Shown: positions 23,734 through 36,487 of the stretch, one piece after another | How positions within the stretch are numbered: position 1 is the first letter of the stretch | Layout of the letters: every line of letters starts with the position of its first letter | NCBI RefSeq assembly: GCF_036321535.1 | Contig: NC_087436.1 | Coordinates: forward strand, 23,624,001 to 23,688,000 | Direction of reading: 5' to 3' | DNA: 64,000 nucleotides | Source: Camelus dromedarius | Lineage: Eukaryota | Translations under genes and position numbers: made by a program | Notes under the pieces: generated by a model | Database searches by the model: none | What the model was told of the DNA's origin: nothing | What the model saw: the letters and a program-made list of their open reading frames with translations, nothing else

Positions 23734-26532
23734 AACTGCTGGGGAAGGCAGGGTGGGCGCTGGGACCACGGGACTGGCCAGGCTGGAAAAGGGAGAGCAG
23801 ATACTTCCACTCTTCACGTTGGTTGTGGGTGCTGCTGGCCTCCTCAGAAGGAGGTTTCCGAGCCAGTTTTCAGAGTTCACTCTTCAAGTGAGGTGGTATA
23901 GTAGGGAAGGTCCTTTAAATGAAGATTACAAAAGACATTAGAAAAGACTGTTACAAGTTGGATCTTTTCCCACAGTGGGGGCCAACAGACAGGAAATTCT
24001 TTGCCGATGGCAACTTGAGTTTACAGGCTCTACTCTATCAAGACCTTTATATTGATCTAGCTCTTGTTATCTAAATGATGGTTTTCAAATTCCACCATCG
24101 GGGGAAGGGACAAAGCTAGGATGACAAAGGGAAGTCCACAAATGATTATGTACAAACGTTCCATCCAAGTGTTTAAAGTTGGCTGAATGGATTGGAATGT
24201 TCTGGTCACGGGTTGGCTATTTTGACTAGATTTACTCAACACCCCTGTGTTTGTTAGCATCTATGTCTGTGGTGTCCTGTGGGAGATTACACAAACTATT
24301 GAAGTTTTCCATTAGGAGGCTCAGGCTCAGTTTCATCTCGGACCATCTTTTTCTGGCCTCCAACAAGGACTGTTAATGAACAGCATTGTGGCCAAAGGAT
24401 GAGCAAGGGACATAAAAAGGCTTGTCCACCAACCACCAAATAACTAAAGTGGCTGCGTTACAGAGGCCTCTAGCTACTCCGGCTCTCCATGTTTGTTGTA
24501 TAATGTACATAATGCCATGTTCAACACGTAGTGCAGGTAATGTTGGTTCACAACTGCGTTTTGACAGCTGGTTAAATGTTTTATGGCTGTAGTCTTTAGG
24601 CTTTAGCCTAAATAAAACATTTTAAAATCATTCTGACAAGTGTACGAATACTAAATCTAAGAATTAATTGTTTCATACTTTAAAATTATATCCCTTTCGT
24701 CCTTTTGTGGATTGGTATTTGTTCCATCATACGCACTTGCTTATTTTGTCTTAACGGAGGTGTTTTCTGTTAGTCATGAAGCTTGGTAGCATTTCACATA
24801 ACTTTGTTGGTAGCTGGTGAGTCGTTGATGGGCATGACTTTATTTCGGTGAAGATGACTTAAGTTAAGGAAGGGTGGAGCAGTCTCACCAGAAGTTGAGC
24901 ACCTGCACCTGAGGGTTATCTTTCCCTGTGTCCTTTCATCCATTTTTTGCTCTTGGTAGTTTGCTTTTAAAGTCCATGTGACTTTTAACTTTGTCTTTAA
25001 ATTGAATTACTCTTTCCTGTCAGTGCTTTTCTCACAGGACTTTTCCACAAAAGTGTTTACTGCACTTTTTCATACTGGAAGATTGAGACTTTTCTCAAAC
25101 ACAGTGTTGTACTCACCACTGAGAAGGTGCAGTGCAAAATCTAAAAATCGGACAGTCGAGTATTCGTTATGCTTAGAGTGTGAAGGAGAGGGGGTGAAGA
25201 GTACTGGGACAGGTGACTGTGGGAGAAGTGTCCATTCTGAAGACCTCTGCTTCTTCCTTGGTGCCACTCTTGTGAGCTGTCATACTGTTCTGTGTCACCG
25301 TGACTGCCACATTCTGTGGTAGGGGAGTCGTGATACCTGTGCAAGGTTTGCAGTGGTAGTAATGAGATGCCTTTAGAATAGGCTAGAATTGGGAAATTTT
25401 ACTAATTTCCTTGCTCATATTTTAAAAACTCTTCAGGTGATACTCAGTGAACTCCACGTTTGTGTATTCCTCTTGCTGGCTGGTGCCTTCTTCCACGGCA
25501 GAGGGACAGTTCACACACAGTCAGCTACGTTTACACCAGTCACAGCCTCCTCTTTCTCCCGCCCCACCCTTTCCACTTAAGGTTTCTTTTAGTTTTTGCA
25601 AAGCAGCCATGTGAGAGGAATATAATAATTTTGAAGAGCATTATATGGTGGGAATTTTGACAATGAGTGGAAGATGGTAATTACTCTCTTCCATTAGACT
25701 CAGTGGCTTTGGACAGATAAGCTGTATTGAAACGTGTGACCAGGGCATGGGATCATGGATTGTCTTTCACTGTTGTCATGGCGACAGTGATGCAGGTGGC
25801 CTATAACTGCCGGGCTGTCAGATCTTATACATCAAACTGGTGCTAAGTGAAAATATGTTAGAGGCATTGGGGGAAAAATTGCCAGCAGTGTTTATAGGAT
25901 CAGCTAGAGAAAAGCTAGCCTAGTTGAAGAAAAGATTTCCGTTAAAAGCTCTAGGTGATTCTGAAGAAATCAGAGTTTTTACTTTTTATTAATAAGAGGA
26001 AAGTGGACTATTAAAAGAAAAAAACTGCTTTCTGGATGTTGTGCTGCTCTCTCTGTCCCCATAATTAACTGCCTTTCTGCTTCTCCCTTGAGCTAATGTG
26101 ATAATGTAGTGGCTTCAGAAAAGGCAAGGAGACACTGTATGGTCAAGAAGCTTTGCTTGGGGGCTAGGGAACCAGTTGTGCACAACGTGAGAGGTTTGAG
26201 TCCCTCTTTTTTCCCAGAGAGCTTCACTGAATTCCTTTTAGAAGGAAGTGGTAAGAAATCATTCTTGTGGAATTCTAATACAGCACCTGAAGTATTACGT
26301 CAAATTAGCGTTAGGCTCAGTTATTCACGTTGGACTAAATCTCTTTGAATGTAGGAGGATCTATTCAAATCTGTTCTTTGTCAGTTACCACACCTATTTT
26401 TCCCTCTTTCTTTTTCTTCTCCTCTCCTCTTCTCCTCTTTTCTCAGTGTTTTGTGTCTTTAAAAAAAAATTTATACGTGCCTTGAACTTGAACTTAAACC
26501 CTCAAATTCTAAGCAACCATGAATATAACGTT

Positions 26533-26565
26533 TGTGTGTGTGTGAGTGTGTGTGTGTAAGTGTGT
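26533..26565. repeat. imperfect (TG)n microsatellite
   Basis: tgtgtgtgtgtgagtgtgtgtgtgtaagtgtgt read directly. Confidence 0.85.
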
Positions 26566-26939
26566 TGTGTCTTGTCTCAGAAAGTTGAAACTAGCTTTAT
26601 AGTTCTCATTTAGCCATGCTATCTTGGTAAATAGGAAAAAGAAAATCACATATGTTTCCATTTCCATCAAATATTTGAGGAAAAGAGGTATTGTGAAGTT
26701 TAAAAAGAAGTATTTCTGGGTGGGACAGTCTGCTCACCGGTGAGTCACCCGCAATAGATGAGGCAGTGGATAATTTCTGGTAGGCCCCTGAGTTAGGCAG
26801 CATGGCCCCAGCTTCTGACCTTTTATTTGAAGTATCTTCTTTGGTATGTTCTTCAGCATTGAATTCTAATAACAAGAGTAGGTGAAATCACCTTTGTATG
26901 CCATTGGCATGTAACTGACCAGTCAGAGTAATGGGGATT

Positions 26940-27472
26940 CAATTTAATCCACACACATGTATTGGACATGTACTAAATAGTAGGTATTTTGCCTGTACTG
27001 GTCTTCAGAAGGAAGTAGTTCAAACATTTATTGAGCAAGGTAATTAAATGTACAAGGTAATTAAATTATTTAATCCTAACAGTATTTGTGAGAAGTAGAC
27101 ATATTATTATCATTTTGTAGATAAAACCTTGTCAAAACCAAGATTGAAATATCTGACTCCAGATTCCATGTGTTTTTTGTCTACCATGTGGTTTCAAGAG
27201 ATATGCAAGACCAGCTTTGCCTTCAAGGAGCTCACAGTTTCACAGGAGACCCAGGAAAGCATTTAATAATGACAGTGCAGCTTGTTAAGTGCTGTAATAG
27301 ACATCCACAAAGCAGGGGCATCTAACTCTCAAGAGGAGCTCATGATGGAGCTGGCTATTAAAGGAAGAATAAATAATTTGAAGGTAGATGAAGAAGAAAA
27401 GGAATTCCAGGCTAGGGGACAACATGAGTAAGGACACAAAAGAATGAGACCATGGCACATTCTGGAATGGCA
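26940..27472 (-). mobile_element. L2 3' region with a nested MIR fragment (about 27020-27190)
   Basis: L2-like segments (tttgccttcaaggagctcacagt…gtgctgtaatagac…aattccaggctagggg) flank MIR-like aacatttattgagc…atttaatcctaacag…attattatcattttgtagat…tctgactccaga. Confidence 0.6.
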
Positions 27473-27474
27473 GG

Positions 27475-27504
27475 TGTGTGTGTGTGTGTCTGTGTGTCTG
27501 TGTG
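27475..27504. repeat. imperfect (TG)n microsatellite
   Basis: tgtgtgtgtgtgtgtctgtgtgtctgtgtg read directly. Confidence 0.85.
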
Positions 27505-30064
27505 TACACACGTGTGTTGAGTTAGGTTACTTAGCTGAGGGATGGGAGTGGGGGAAAGGTATATAAAGAGATTTTCAAGAGTTAGCTTAATATATATGTG
27601 TGTATGTGTCCTGGAGTGCCAAGATTGTGGTTGCTGTTGTTAAGTATTTTCAAGCTAGAGGTTGTTGATATGCATGATACATCCCTCTAGATTTTTCGTT
27701 TTGTTTAATTTCTGTTTATCTCTACACCCCTTCTCTTTTTTCAGAGTATTTTTTGCTCACCCTGCTGTCATCTTTTTTCCCCCATCACTCTGGTTTAGGG
27801 CTCTCATCTTTCCCTAAAGAAATCTACATAAAAGGAACTAGTAGGCAGAAGAGGTAAAGAGTCTGGTCAGCCATCAGTCTAGACAAATAATTGAAATAAT
27901 TAAGATGAGGAAGATCTGTATGTTCAAAGTACTCAATAGTGATAGTTCTTCAGACTTAAGCCCCAGGTAACTGATAGAAAATTAGACTCAGACTTAGTCT
28001 CTTTACTAACAGCTGACCAATATATTTTTATCATGTAGATTATATACATAATGGAGATTGTGGTCCTTCATTCATAATGTTCATAAATTCTCTGCTTTTT
28101 GTTTTTTGTTTTCTTGTTTTCATAGAGGCACTACTCCTTTTAAACCTAACTCCTTGATTAATAGATTTTATTCTGAAATTAATCTCAGGATTTTGCTAAG
28201 CCTTGTCTGTTTTAGATAAAAAAAAGAAAAATAATGAGTTTTTCTCAAGTTGTGATTGTTTGTCAGTGATTTACAAATAGTCCAGGCAATTGTGATACCA
28301 ATGATTAAGAAAAAGGTGAACATTATAGCCATGAAAAGTGATGAAATTTGAATGCTGGTGTACGTCAATCTCCATGCCATAGTAAACTAATTTGTTAATA
28401 TAAGATTCCAAATCCTGATACTTTAGGGGTATTTGGAAATACCATTTTAGTTTTGTTTTGCTAGAAGAAACCAGAGTCAAAGGTGCCAGTTGCATAAAGA
28501 AGATTCTTCTTGACTTTCACAGCTCACTCATCTGTAGGTGCACACACACAAATATATATTCTGTTGGATTGGTATGTCTGAAAGTAGTGCCTATAACAAT
28601 TTTTAACAGTGTACTGTGTAAGGATATTTACTCTTAAGAGCTATAACTCCATTGACCAGAGCGGAGGCTTATGATAGTCAGGAGCAATTGGAAGGAAAAG
28701 AACATACCTGTGCTGCCCAGGGCTGAATAGAAAGGTTAGTCAATCCAGCCTTGCCTCCAAATGGGGAATGTCTCACCAAAGAGCGAGATTTTTGTAAACA
28801 ACAGGAAATGGAAAATTAATTTGAGCCTCCCCTCCTGCAGTCTTTTTACATGTCTCTAGTTCCTTTTTTTTTTCTCAGAAAAGTCAGTTTTTACAGAGAA
28901 ATATCCTGAACTATTGATGACAAATGAGTCATTCATTTGCACCCTAGTGGTAGAGCACAATGCAGTGATGGGATTAGAAGTAAGGAGTCTTAAAAGTGGG
29001 AGTAGGAGCATTGAGGTGGAAAAACCATATTAGCTCATGTAACATCTTTATTGAAATTGGAATCATCTTCAGTTATAATTTTTTTCCAAGGACAGAAATG
29101 TTTCCCTAGCTATTCTGTTGGGTATTTGCACACCACGCTCTCAGGATTTCAGCATCAATGGGTCAGTATCTCCATCACTCGATTGATATGTCATGGATAC
29201 CTTGACCAGATTGTGGAAGAGGGTCATTTTTTCCCTCCATGTTCCTCACTTACAACCTCTTAGAGTTACATGCTCACTTATTCATTTGTCAATTAAGCTA
29301 TTTAAACAGGCAACTGTTTGTTATTCTTTATCAATACTAAGCTTTGTAAACAAGCAAAATGGATGTGATCTAACTTGAAGATACACTGTGGGGAATAATT
29401 CTGTTTTGTGAGACAGAGGCAGGGCTGACCTCTTGGGTCTTTTCATGTTTCATTCCTATTATTCATTCCACAAAGTGCTAAGATGTTCTGTCGGAGCCCT
29501 TGACACTTACCTGCACTTAGGTTAGCTCTGAAAAAGTAGAGCAGGAGATGTAGACTTGATGAGAATTTGAAATGGAGTGTCAGGCCAAGATCGTGATAAT
29601 CCAGTTTCACATGAAACCTCTGGGTCCACCACAGGTTAAATCTAGTATAAGATAATCTTGATCACCATTTTAAAGTGCTTTTTCTCAAGTTATGAATAAA
29701 ATGCTTTATCTAACAGTGTGGATTACCAAAAAAAAAAAAAGGATTTTATTTTACAAGATCTTTTTCTGTGATAGGATACAAACAAGGCATAAGGAAGTTA
29801 CATGCTGGTGGTGGTGATTGTGAATAGAGTGGAAGGCTTTCTGTGATCAGCTAAGTCAGGGAGCTTTGGGACAAGGACCCTGGGACATATTCCTGCTAAG
29901 CAGAAGATCCTGGTGGAAATAACAGGGTTATCTTTTACTCGTTACATAAGCTCTTAGGACCCTCTATACTCACTCAGAAAGTTGAGAGAGAAAAGCTGAG
30001 ACTTTGAATTAATATCCCTGATGACAGTGCTGCTATCAGACCATTAAAATATACACATTAAAAA

Positions 30065-30142
30065 TATATGTGTAACTGAATCACTTTGGTGTAAACCTGA
30101 AACATTGTAAATCAAATATCCTTCAATAAAAAATTTAAAAAA
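30065..30142 (+). mobile_element. L1 extreme 3' tail fragment
   Basis: tatatgtgtaactgaatcactttggtgtaaacctgaaacattgtaaatcaaatatccttcaataaaaaa matches the artiodactyl L1 terminus with its AATAAA. Confidence 0.75.
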
Positions 30143-31544
30143 TGTAACTTTAAATCCCTTTGGCTACTTAAAAAACAAGTTTCATAATGATGCCTCAGTT
30201 CTTTTATTCTCTAAGGTGTGGTATTACTGGTTTTTAGTACCAAAGGAGCATTTCTGTTTCAAGAACAGAGAACAGAATAGTAATATGATGCATACAACAG
30301 TACATACTGTATCTTTACTGGGAGAAAACCAGTGGAGAAGTATTATTGTTTGAGTCATTTCCTGACCAGTAGGATGGGCTGGTCTCTGAACCAAAATTTG
30401 GTCTCTGCTGTGGTGAAGCTGACATTGTGGTTTTGACGGTGATGTGCTGGTAGCCAATAAAACTGAAGATGAAGCAGAATTTTTACCTCATTAGCCATCC
30501 CTGGGGTTAGCTGGTAAGGCTGGACCATCCTGCAGAACCCAGGAAAGCAGTACTGTGAGGATAGGTAATGGGCAACCCGGATTTCATCTTCTTCTAAGTT
30601 ACATCAGCCCTGCTGTGTCTCATATTTGTTATGGACTGATTCACACAGAAAAGCCATTTCAATTTTTCATATCTTTTTAAAACAATATTTTCAGCAGGTC
30701 TTAATGCTTTATATAACGTTATATCTCCAATAGGCTGGTTTAATTTTGTATGAAGCTGGAATTTCAGATGAAAGGCTTCCTCATGCATAAAAGAACCTCA
30801 GCTCCTCCTCAGAACCAAAACAAACACGTACATAAACAACAACAAATAAAAGAGTTTCAATTAATATCTTCCAGAACACAAATACCTGTTTAAATGCACC
30901 TAATTCTCTGCTGGCAGCCACTTTCAATGACTGTTCTTTTTAAAAGGAAAATCCAATATAGTTGAAAGCATGTGCTTTTATAAATATAAGATGCTTCCTT
31001 GCTTAATCTGATAGAAGGAAGAAAACATGTCTAGCTCTTTTTGGATTTAACATGTTTTAGCTAATCAGGAAATCTTTATTAATTACATTTATGAGTTATA
31101 TAGCACCAGAAGAGGATTTTTGAATTTTTTTTTTTTGGTTACAAAAATGTGATGGAAAAAATTAGACTCTGTATTATCTTGTAATTTTGGAAAAAGCATG
31201 TTATTGTGTTGTACCCAGCTGGTGGCTGCTAGTAGGAAGCACTGGTCCCCAAGACCTTCCTCATCATCTGAGAAGATGAGGGAGTTTCCTGCTGTTAAAA
31301 CAAAGCCAGCATGATGGGGGCGGGAGGGGACTCTTGGCTGTGGAAGAATAAGTTTGGGTGTGAGCTGCATTTCCTGCTTTGCAAAGAGTCAGTTTTTCTT
31401 GATTTTCTGCATTTCAGTTTCCTTTCCCTCCTTTATTCCCTTAACTTTGTATAATGGGTAGTTACCCAGGCCATTTTCTGTGGACACAGACCCAGGCAGG
31501 GGTGGGAAGGCAGAGCAGCACCGACAGCAGTTGGGTGGATTATA

Positions 31545-32110
31545 GGCAGGAGGCTGGGATGCACACCCCGGCTCCAGCACTGACTAGCTTTGTGACCTGG
31601 GGAGATGTTATGAACTCAGTTATGTCCCACCAAAATTCATAAGTTGAAGCCCTAACCCCCAGTGTGACTGTACTTGGAGATAACGCCTTTAGGGAGATAA
31701 AGTCAAATGAGGTCAAAGGGTGGAGCCCCTAATTCAGTATGACTTGTATCCTTGTAAGACAAAGAGACACCAGGTGTGCCTGCACACAGAGATGAGGCCA
31801 GGAGAGGTCCCAGTGAGAGGGCAGCTGCCTGCAAACCAAAGAGAGAGACTTGGGGAGAAGCCACACGTGCCAGCTCCTTAATCTTGAACTCTCAGCTTCC
31901 AGAACTAGGAGAAACGAAATTTCTGTTGTTTAAGCCATTCACTCAGTCTGTGGTATTTTGGGATGGCAGCAATAGCAAACTAATACAGGAGAGTTATAGA
32001 ATCTCCAGGCCTCAATTTCGCCATCGAAATTGAAGATGGAGTCAGGAATCATTCTTAATGTTGTAGGGTTTCTGTATGAGAATAAGGGATACAGTGCAAT
32101 CCACATAGGG
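31545..32110 (+). mobile_element. MIR SINE split by an MLT1B LTR
   Basis: ccccggctccagcactgactagctttgtgacctgggga before the LTR continues as gttatagaatctccaggcctcaatttcgccatc after it. Confidence 0.7.
31606..31987 (+). mobile_element. MaLR solo LTR, MLT1B-like, with perfect 5-bp TSD
   Basis: Starts TGTTATG and ends ctaatACA. Internal caaaattcataagttgaagccctaaccccc…aaatttctgttgtttaagcca. GGAGA at 31601-31605 and 31988-31992. Confidence 0.92.
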
Positions 32111-33171
32111 CCTCAGCAGATGCCATCTCCTATATGGAGGGGCTGATGCCCACGAGAACAGGCTAATGGCCCAGGCTTTTTGCTAAGCACTCAGCATTAC
32201 AACAAAACAACACACATCATTACACAGATAAGTTTGGAGGTTCCCACCACATTTTTCCTGGCTGATGTCTTACACAGAAGACCTAGACTTAGGGCACGAA
32301 TGTTTCTTTTCTGATTCCAACACATGTTATATCTCATTCAGAAGTTAGTTGAAATCTCCATATGTTTTAGTGTTTTATTTACTATACTTTAAAGACAAAA
32401 AATCTAGTAAATGTTACACAAGTGCTCGGCTGACCCAGCACATGGAACTGCATCTACTAATTCAGGCTGCTTTATACACGAGAATCACATATATCTGCAA
32501 AATAGTGTAGTAGCTTGGGTTTACCCACCATTGTTTGGCCAAGGATTTCAATCCTTAAAATCACTTCACTTCTAATGTATACTGATCTAAGAGATATCAG
32601 ATGTGATCCTCCCCTTCAGATAGTTAGCAGATGAAGGCACAAAGATTTCTTCCTCATAGGCATAAGGAGGTGTGGGTGGTTAAGGACAGGATGGAGAGTC
32701 TCCTGGCTTCCCCTACAGCATTCTACTGGATTGCTCCTAAAGTTCTGTTAACTATGTCTGTTCAGATATTAGTGGACACGTCTGTCTTTTCCCTTTTCAA
32801 AGTAAAGAATAGAGCTTAGGTTCTGTACCTCCAGTACGATGCTCTTTACTAAACTGGCAGTCAATAAATCAGACATTCAATAGTACAGAGCCCCTGCTGT
32901 GCACGTTGTCCTGCAGGACAAGGTGTATGTGGTGTACGCCTTGGCTGCTGCCCTCAGCTTGCGGCTTATCTAGTTGAGATGAGCAATCTACCAGGCTCTA
33001 CGACAGCGGGGGTCATAATCCACATGTGTAATGTGCAGTGCACATTTCTTTAAGATAAGTTCAGATTCCCCCAACTAGTCTATCTATTGATAAGTAAGAG
33101 AAGTGTTCCCTTCGGAGGAAAAGTATTCTAGTAGTTAGGTTAGGGTGCTCAGCTAAAACTGATTAAGATGG

Positions 33172-33779
33172 TGTTCTGATTCCCCATTGCTGCTAGCAAA
33201 CCACATCAACACTTGGTTTAATGTGCTGTACACCAAAAATTGACACAACATTGCAAACTGACTATACTTTCATAAAAATATATTTAAAAAATACTTGGTG
33301 GCTTAAAACAACCACCATTTAATCATATCTGTGATTTTGTTGATCGTGAATTTGAGCAGGGCTCAGCTAGGTGACCCTTCTGTTCCCTGCAGGGTATCAC
33401 AGGTCACTCAGCAGTATTCAGTCAATGGTTGGACTGGTCTGGAGGGTCCAGTATGGCTTCACTCACCTGCCTGGCACTTTGGCAAGGGATTCCTGGAAGG
33501 CTGATCTCCCCTGGGTCCCTCTGCCTCTCTGGGTAGACTCAGGGCCTCTCCATGAGATTTTTGCATTAGGGTAATCCTGTGTCTCCCAGGGAGGCTCAGG
33601 GTTCCAAGAGACCAAGGCCAAAGCTGTTAGTCATGTATGATGCTAGGCTTGAAAATGGCATAATGTCACTCTGTTGGTGAAACTGGTTACAAGCAGTTCT
33701 GTTTCAACGGGAGGGAAATAAACTCACCTGTCAGTGCAAGAAAGATCAAAGAATTTGTGGCCATCCTTAATCCACCACA
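33172..33779 (-). mobile_element. MaLR solo LTR (MLT1H/G-like) with perfect 5-bp TSD
   Basis: TG…CA termini. Internal gtggcttaaaacaacc…gaatttgagcagggctcagct…tggagggtccagtatggcttcactca…aaagaatttgtggccatc. GATGG at 33167-33171 and 33780-33784. Confidence 0.85.
33218..33289 (+). mobile_element. About 70-bp L1 3' tail nested in the MLT1 LTR, with 10-bp TSD
   Basis: tgtgctgtacaccaaaaattgacacaacattgcaaactgactatactt matches the end of the 21482-21811 copy. AACACTTGGT at 33208-33217 and AATACTTGGT at 33290-33299. Confidence 0.85.
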
Positions 33780-34099
33780 GATGGCAAACACCTCTGTGGT
33801 TTGCTGGGGTTTTCTTAATTTTTTTTTTCTAAATACATCCAAGGCTTCATTTCCAGTGCATTTTAGTTTTCTTTTGCCATTGGAAACACCTTGGGAACGT
33901 CTTGCCCCACTTTTACCTTTTGGTTCTATCTTCTTCATGTAAGGAATGATCAAACGTGAGGATTCTTCTTTAAAACGTATATAATGTGGAAGAACTAACA
34001 ATCCAATGGAGAAGGACCATGATGGATGTGGGTAACTCTAGAACACAAAACTTAAGTAATAAAATTGAGAAAGGTATCATCAAGGTGTGAGTGGAGCGC

Positions 34100-34580
34100 T
34101 GAGTCAGCCGGGAAAGCAGGAGGGCTTCAAAGGGAGGTGGCATCTGAGCTGAGCCTTGAGAAGGATGGTGGTCTCTACAGATGGGAGGGGGTGGAGTGAG
34201 GATGGCATCCGGGAGGAGGGGCAGGGAGAGTCAATGAGTCAACGCACAGAGCAGATGGTGTGACCTGCAAACCATGGCTGGGAGCCTGGAACGTCATTCA
34301 GGGGGCAGAGGTGGGGTGGGCATGGGCACTGAGGCTGAGCAGATGGGTGGTAGTGGGGCGGCAGACTTTGCTCTGAATGCAGAGTTGTTCTGAATATAAT
34401 GGCCATGCAGGGATTTGTGGCAGAGGTGTGCCACAATCAGATTGCTGATTCTGAATGCTTTCTAGCAGCAGTTTTGAGGTGGGTTGGAGGAATTGCATTC
34501 AAGGCCAAGAAAACAGTCAGAGGACAGTAGTCCAGGAGACCAGTTACTGGACAGTAGAATGGAAGAGAAAGGTTCTGAGA
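34100..34580 (-). mobile_element. L2 LINE fragment
   Basis: gggcttcaaagggaggtggcatctgagctgagccttgagaaggatg…ggcatccgggaggaggg…tagtccaggaga is antisense L2. Confidence 0.65.
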
Positions 34581-34669
34581 GTGGTGTGCTGGGAGGGGCG
34601 GGGAGAGTAACAGCTTTTTCTGAATGCCTCACTTTGGTTATATCCCAAATCTAATTTACTTCTCTCAAA

Positions 34670-34800
34670 AATCCATTTTTCAGATGAGGTCGCTGAAGTT
34701 TAGAAACATCTAAGACCCTCCTTGACTCTGGATAGCTAAAAGTACAGAGGATTGAGATTCAAAGCCAGGCTTCTGTGACTTTCCACAAAACCTCATTGCC
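34670..34800 (-). mobile_element. MIR fragment
   Basis: ccatttttcagatgaggtcgctgaagtttagaaa…gagattcaaagccaggcttctgtgact. Confidence 0.65.
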
Positions 34801-35749
34801 TCACCTGTTGAAAATAACCAAAAATTCCCTACTAGGTGGATGGTTGTGCCAGTAACAAAAATAGAGAACACAGATTTCGTTAAAGACTTTATAAAAATGT
34901 TTGCCCCTGAGTTGTATGTCTGGATCAAGCACATACATACTTGAATAGAGTTTTCAAATGTTTAAAGTTTTCAGTAAGTTTCTTTCATTTATCAATTCTC
35001 TTGCCTTAAATGTTAGCAATAAGAAAGCAAAATACACAATTCATGTCTGTTTACCTGATACTCTCTTTTTGGTGCATAAATGATTGTGGGCCTAATAACT
35101 GGTCTTATTGCATATTAGAATCTTGTACACAAAGAATGTATTGTGCCACATCTGGAGCCGACCAAAACACCAGGGAGGGCTGGGAAGGAAAATAAAAATG
35201 AGTCAGAGAGTAAGAGCAACAATGTAGCAGTTCATTTGGGAACTTCCTCTGTATAGAGGTCCCCCGTCCCCACCACAAAATAAGTCACCTTTCTCATCTT
35301 AAGAGCACAAAGGCAAAAGGGACAACAATCTATGTCTCCTAAGTTCTATTTCTGCTACACCCCGAAGGCCAGGGGCTGGGCCACCCCAGCCATCTGCGTT
35401 TGGTTTTCCCAGTGAACAGCCTGACACGGACCAGGAATCACTGAGCCTTTGCGCTCGAGTGCTCAGGACTCGGGGCCGCAAGCAGACGCTCCCTTGAAAA
35501 TGTGATTCCTGACTCAGGTCAAAATGAGATATTGAAAATCATGACATCTGGAGTATCGGTACAGCATCCACTGGGTTTCAGGCCCCTTCACAGGTTTTCA
35601 GAGCCCTGCTTAGTCCCGGTGGTGATACGTGAAGGAGGAGGTGAGAGGAGGGATCTTGCTTCTTTTTTTTGTTGCTGAGGCTCATGGCTAGATCAGGACC
35701 TGCATGGAGTAGGTGCTCAGGAAATAGTCACTGAGTAAACGATTGCATA

Positions 35750-35950
35750 AATGCCAGGTGCCAGGTTCTGCTTGGAGCTTTATGTTCTATGTCTCTTTTA
35801 ATCTTCACAAAACAGTGACACCTGGTCCTCCTTTACACAGAGGAAGGAATTGACACCTATAGAAGCTAAGTTACCTGCCCAAGGATAAGCACCTTACGTG
35901 TAATCGAGCTGGAATTCAAACCTGGATTTGTACAGTTCTTTAACCTTTGC
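35750..35950 (-). mobile_element. MIR SINE
   Basis: gtgccaggttctgcttggagcttt…ttaatcttcacaa…aagctaagttacctgcccaagg…gagctggaattcaaacctgga. Confidence 0.75.
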
Positions 35951-36208
35951 CCTTTTGAGTGTACCCTATATTTTTTATCAGAATACTGTTTGGGTATAAA
36001 TTAATACACTTCACGCAAGCAAAACAGAAGTTACCCCAGTTTGAAAATGTGAGAACTCTTAAGAACTTGGACCAAGCACATAGTAGGTGCTCAATGCATG
36101 TTGAATAAATGAATTACTAGGTTTCTTTCTAGTCTACTACTCTGTTGTTAATTATTGTGGAGAAAAATATGGAAGACTTGAAGATTTTAGCTTTAAAAAC
36201 GTTATTTT

Positions 36209-36487
36209 ATTTTATTTTATTTTTTATTGAAGTATAGTTAGTTTACAATGTGTCAATTTCTGGTGCACAGCATAATGTTTCAGTCATACATATATATATA
36301 CATATATTCATTTTCATATTCTTTTTCATTATAGGCTCCTACAGTATATTGACTATACTTCCCTGTGCTATACAGTAGGACCTTGTTGTTTATCTATTTT
36401 ATATACAGTAGTTAGTATCTGCAAATCTCAAACTCCCAATTTATCCCATCACACCCCCTTTCCCCCCTCTGATAACCGTTAAGTTTG
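36209..36487 (-). mobile_element. Young L1 3' UTR insertion with 14-bp TSD
   Basis: Reverse complement of the same family as 21482-21811. AAAAACGTTATTTT at 36195-36208 and AAAAATGTTATTTT at 36488-36501 differ by one CpG-type change. Confidence 0.92.
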
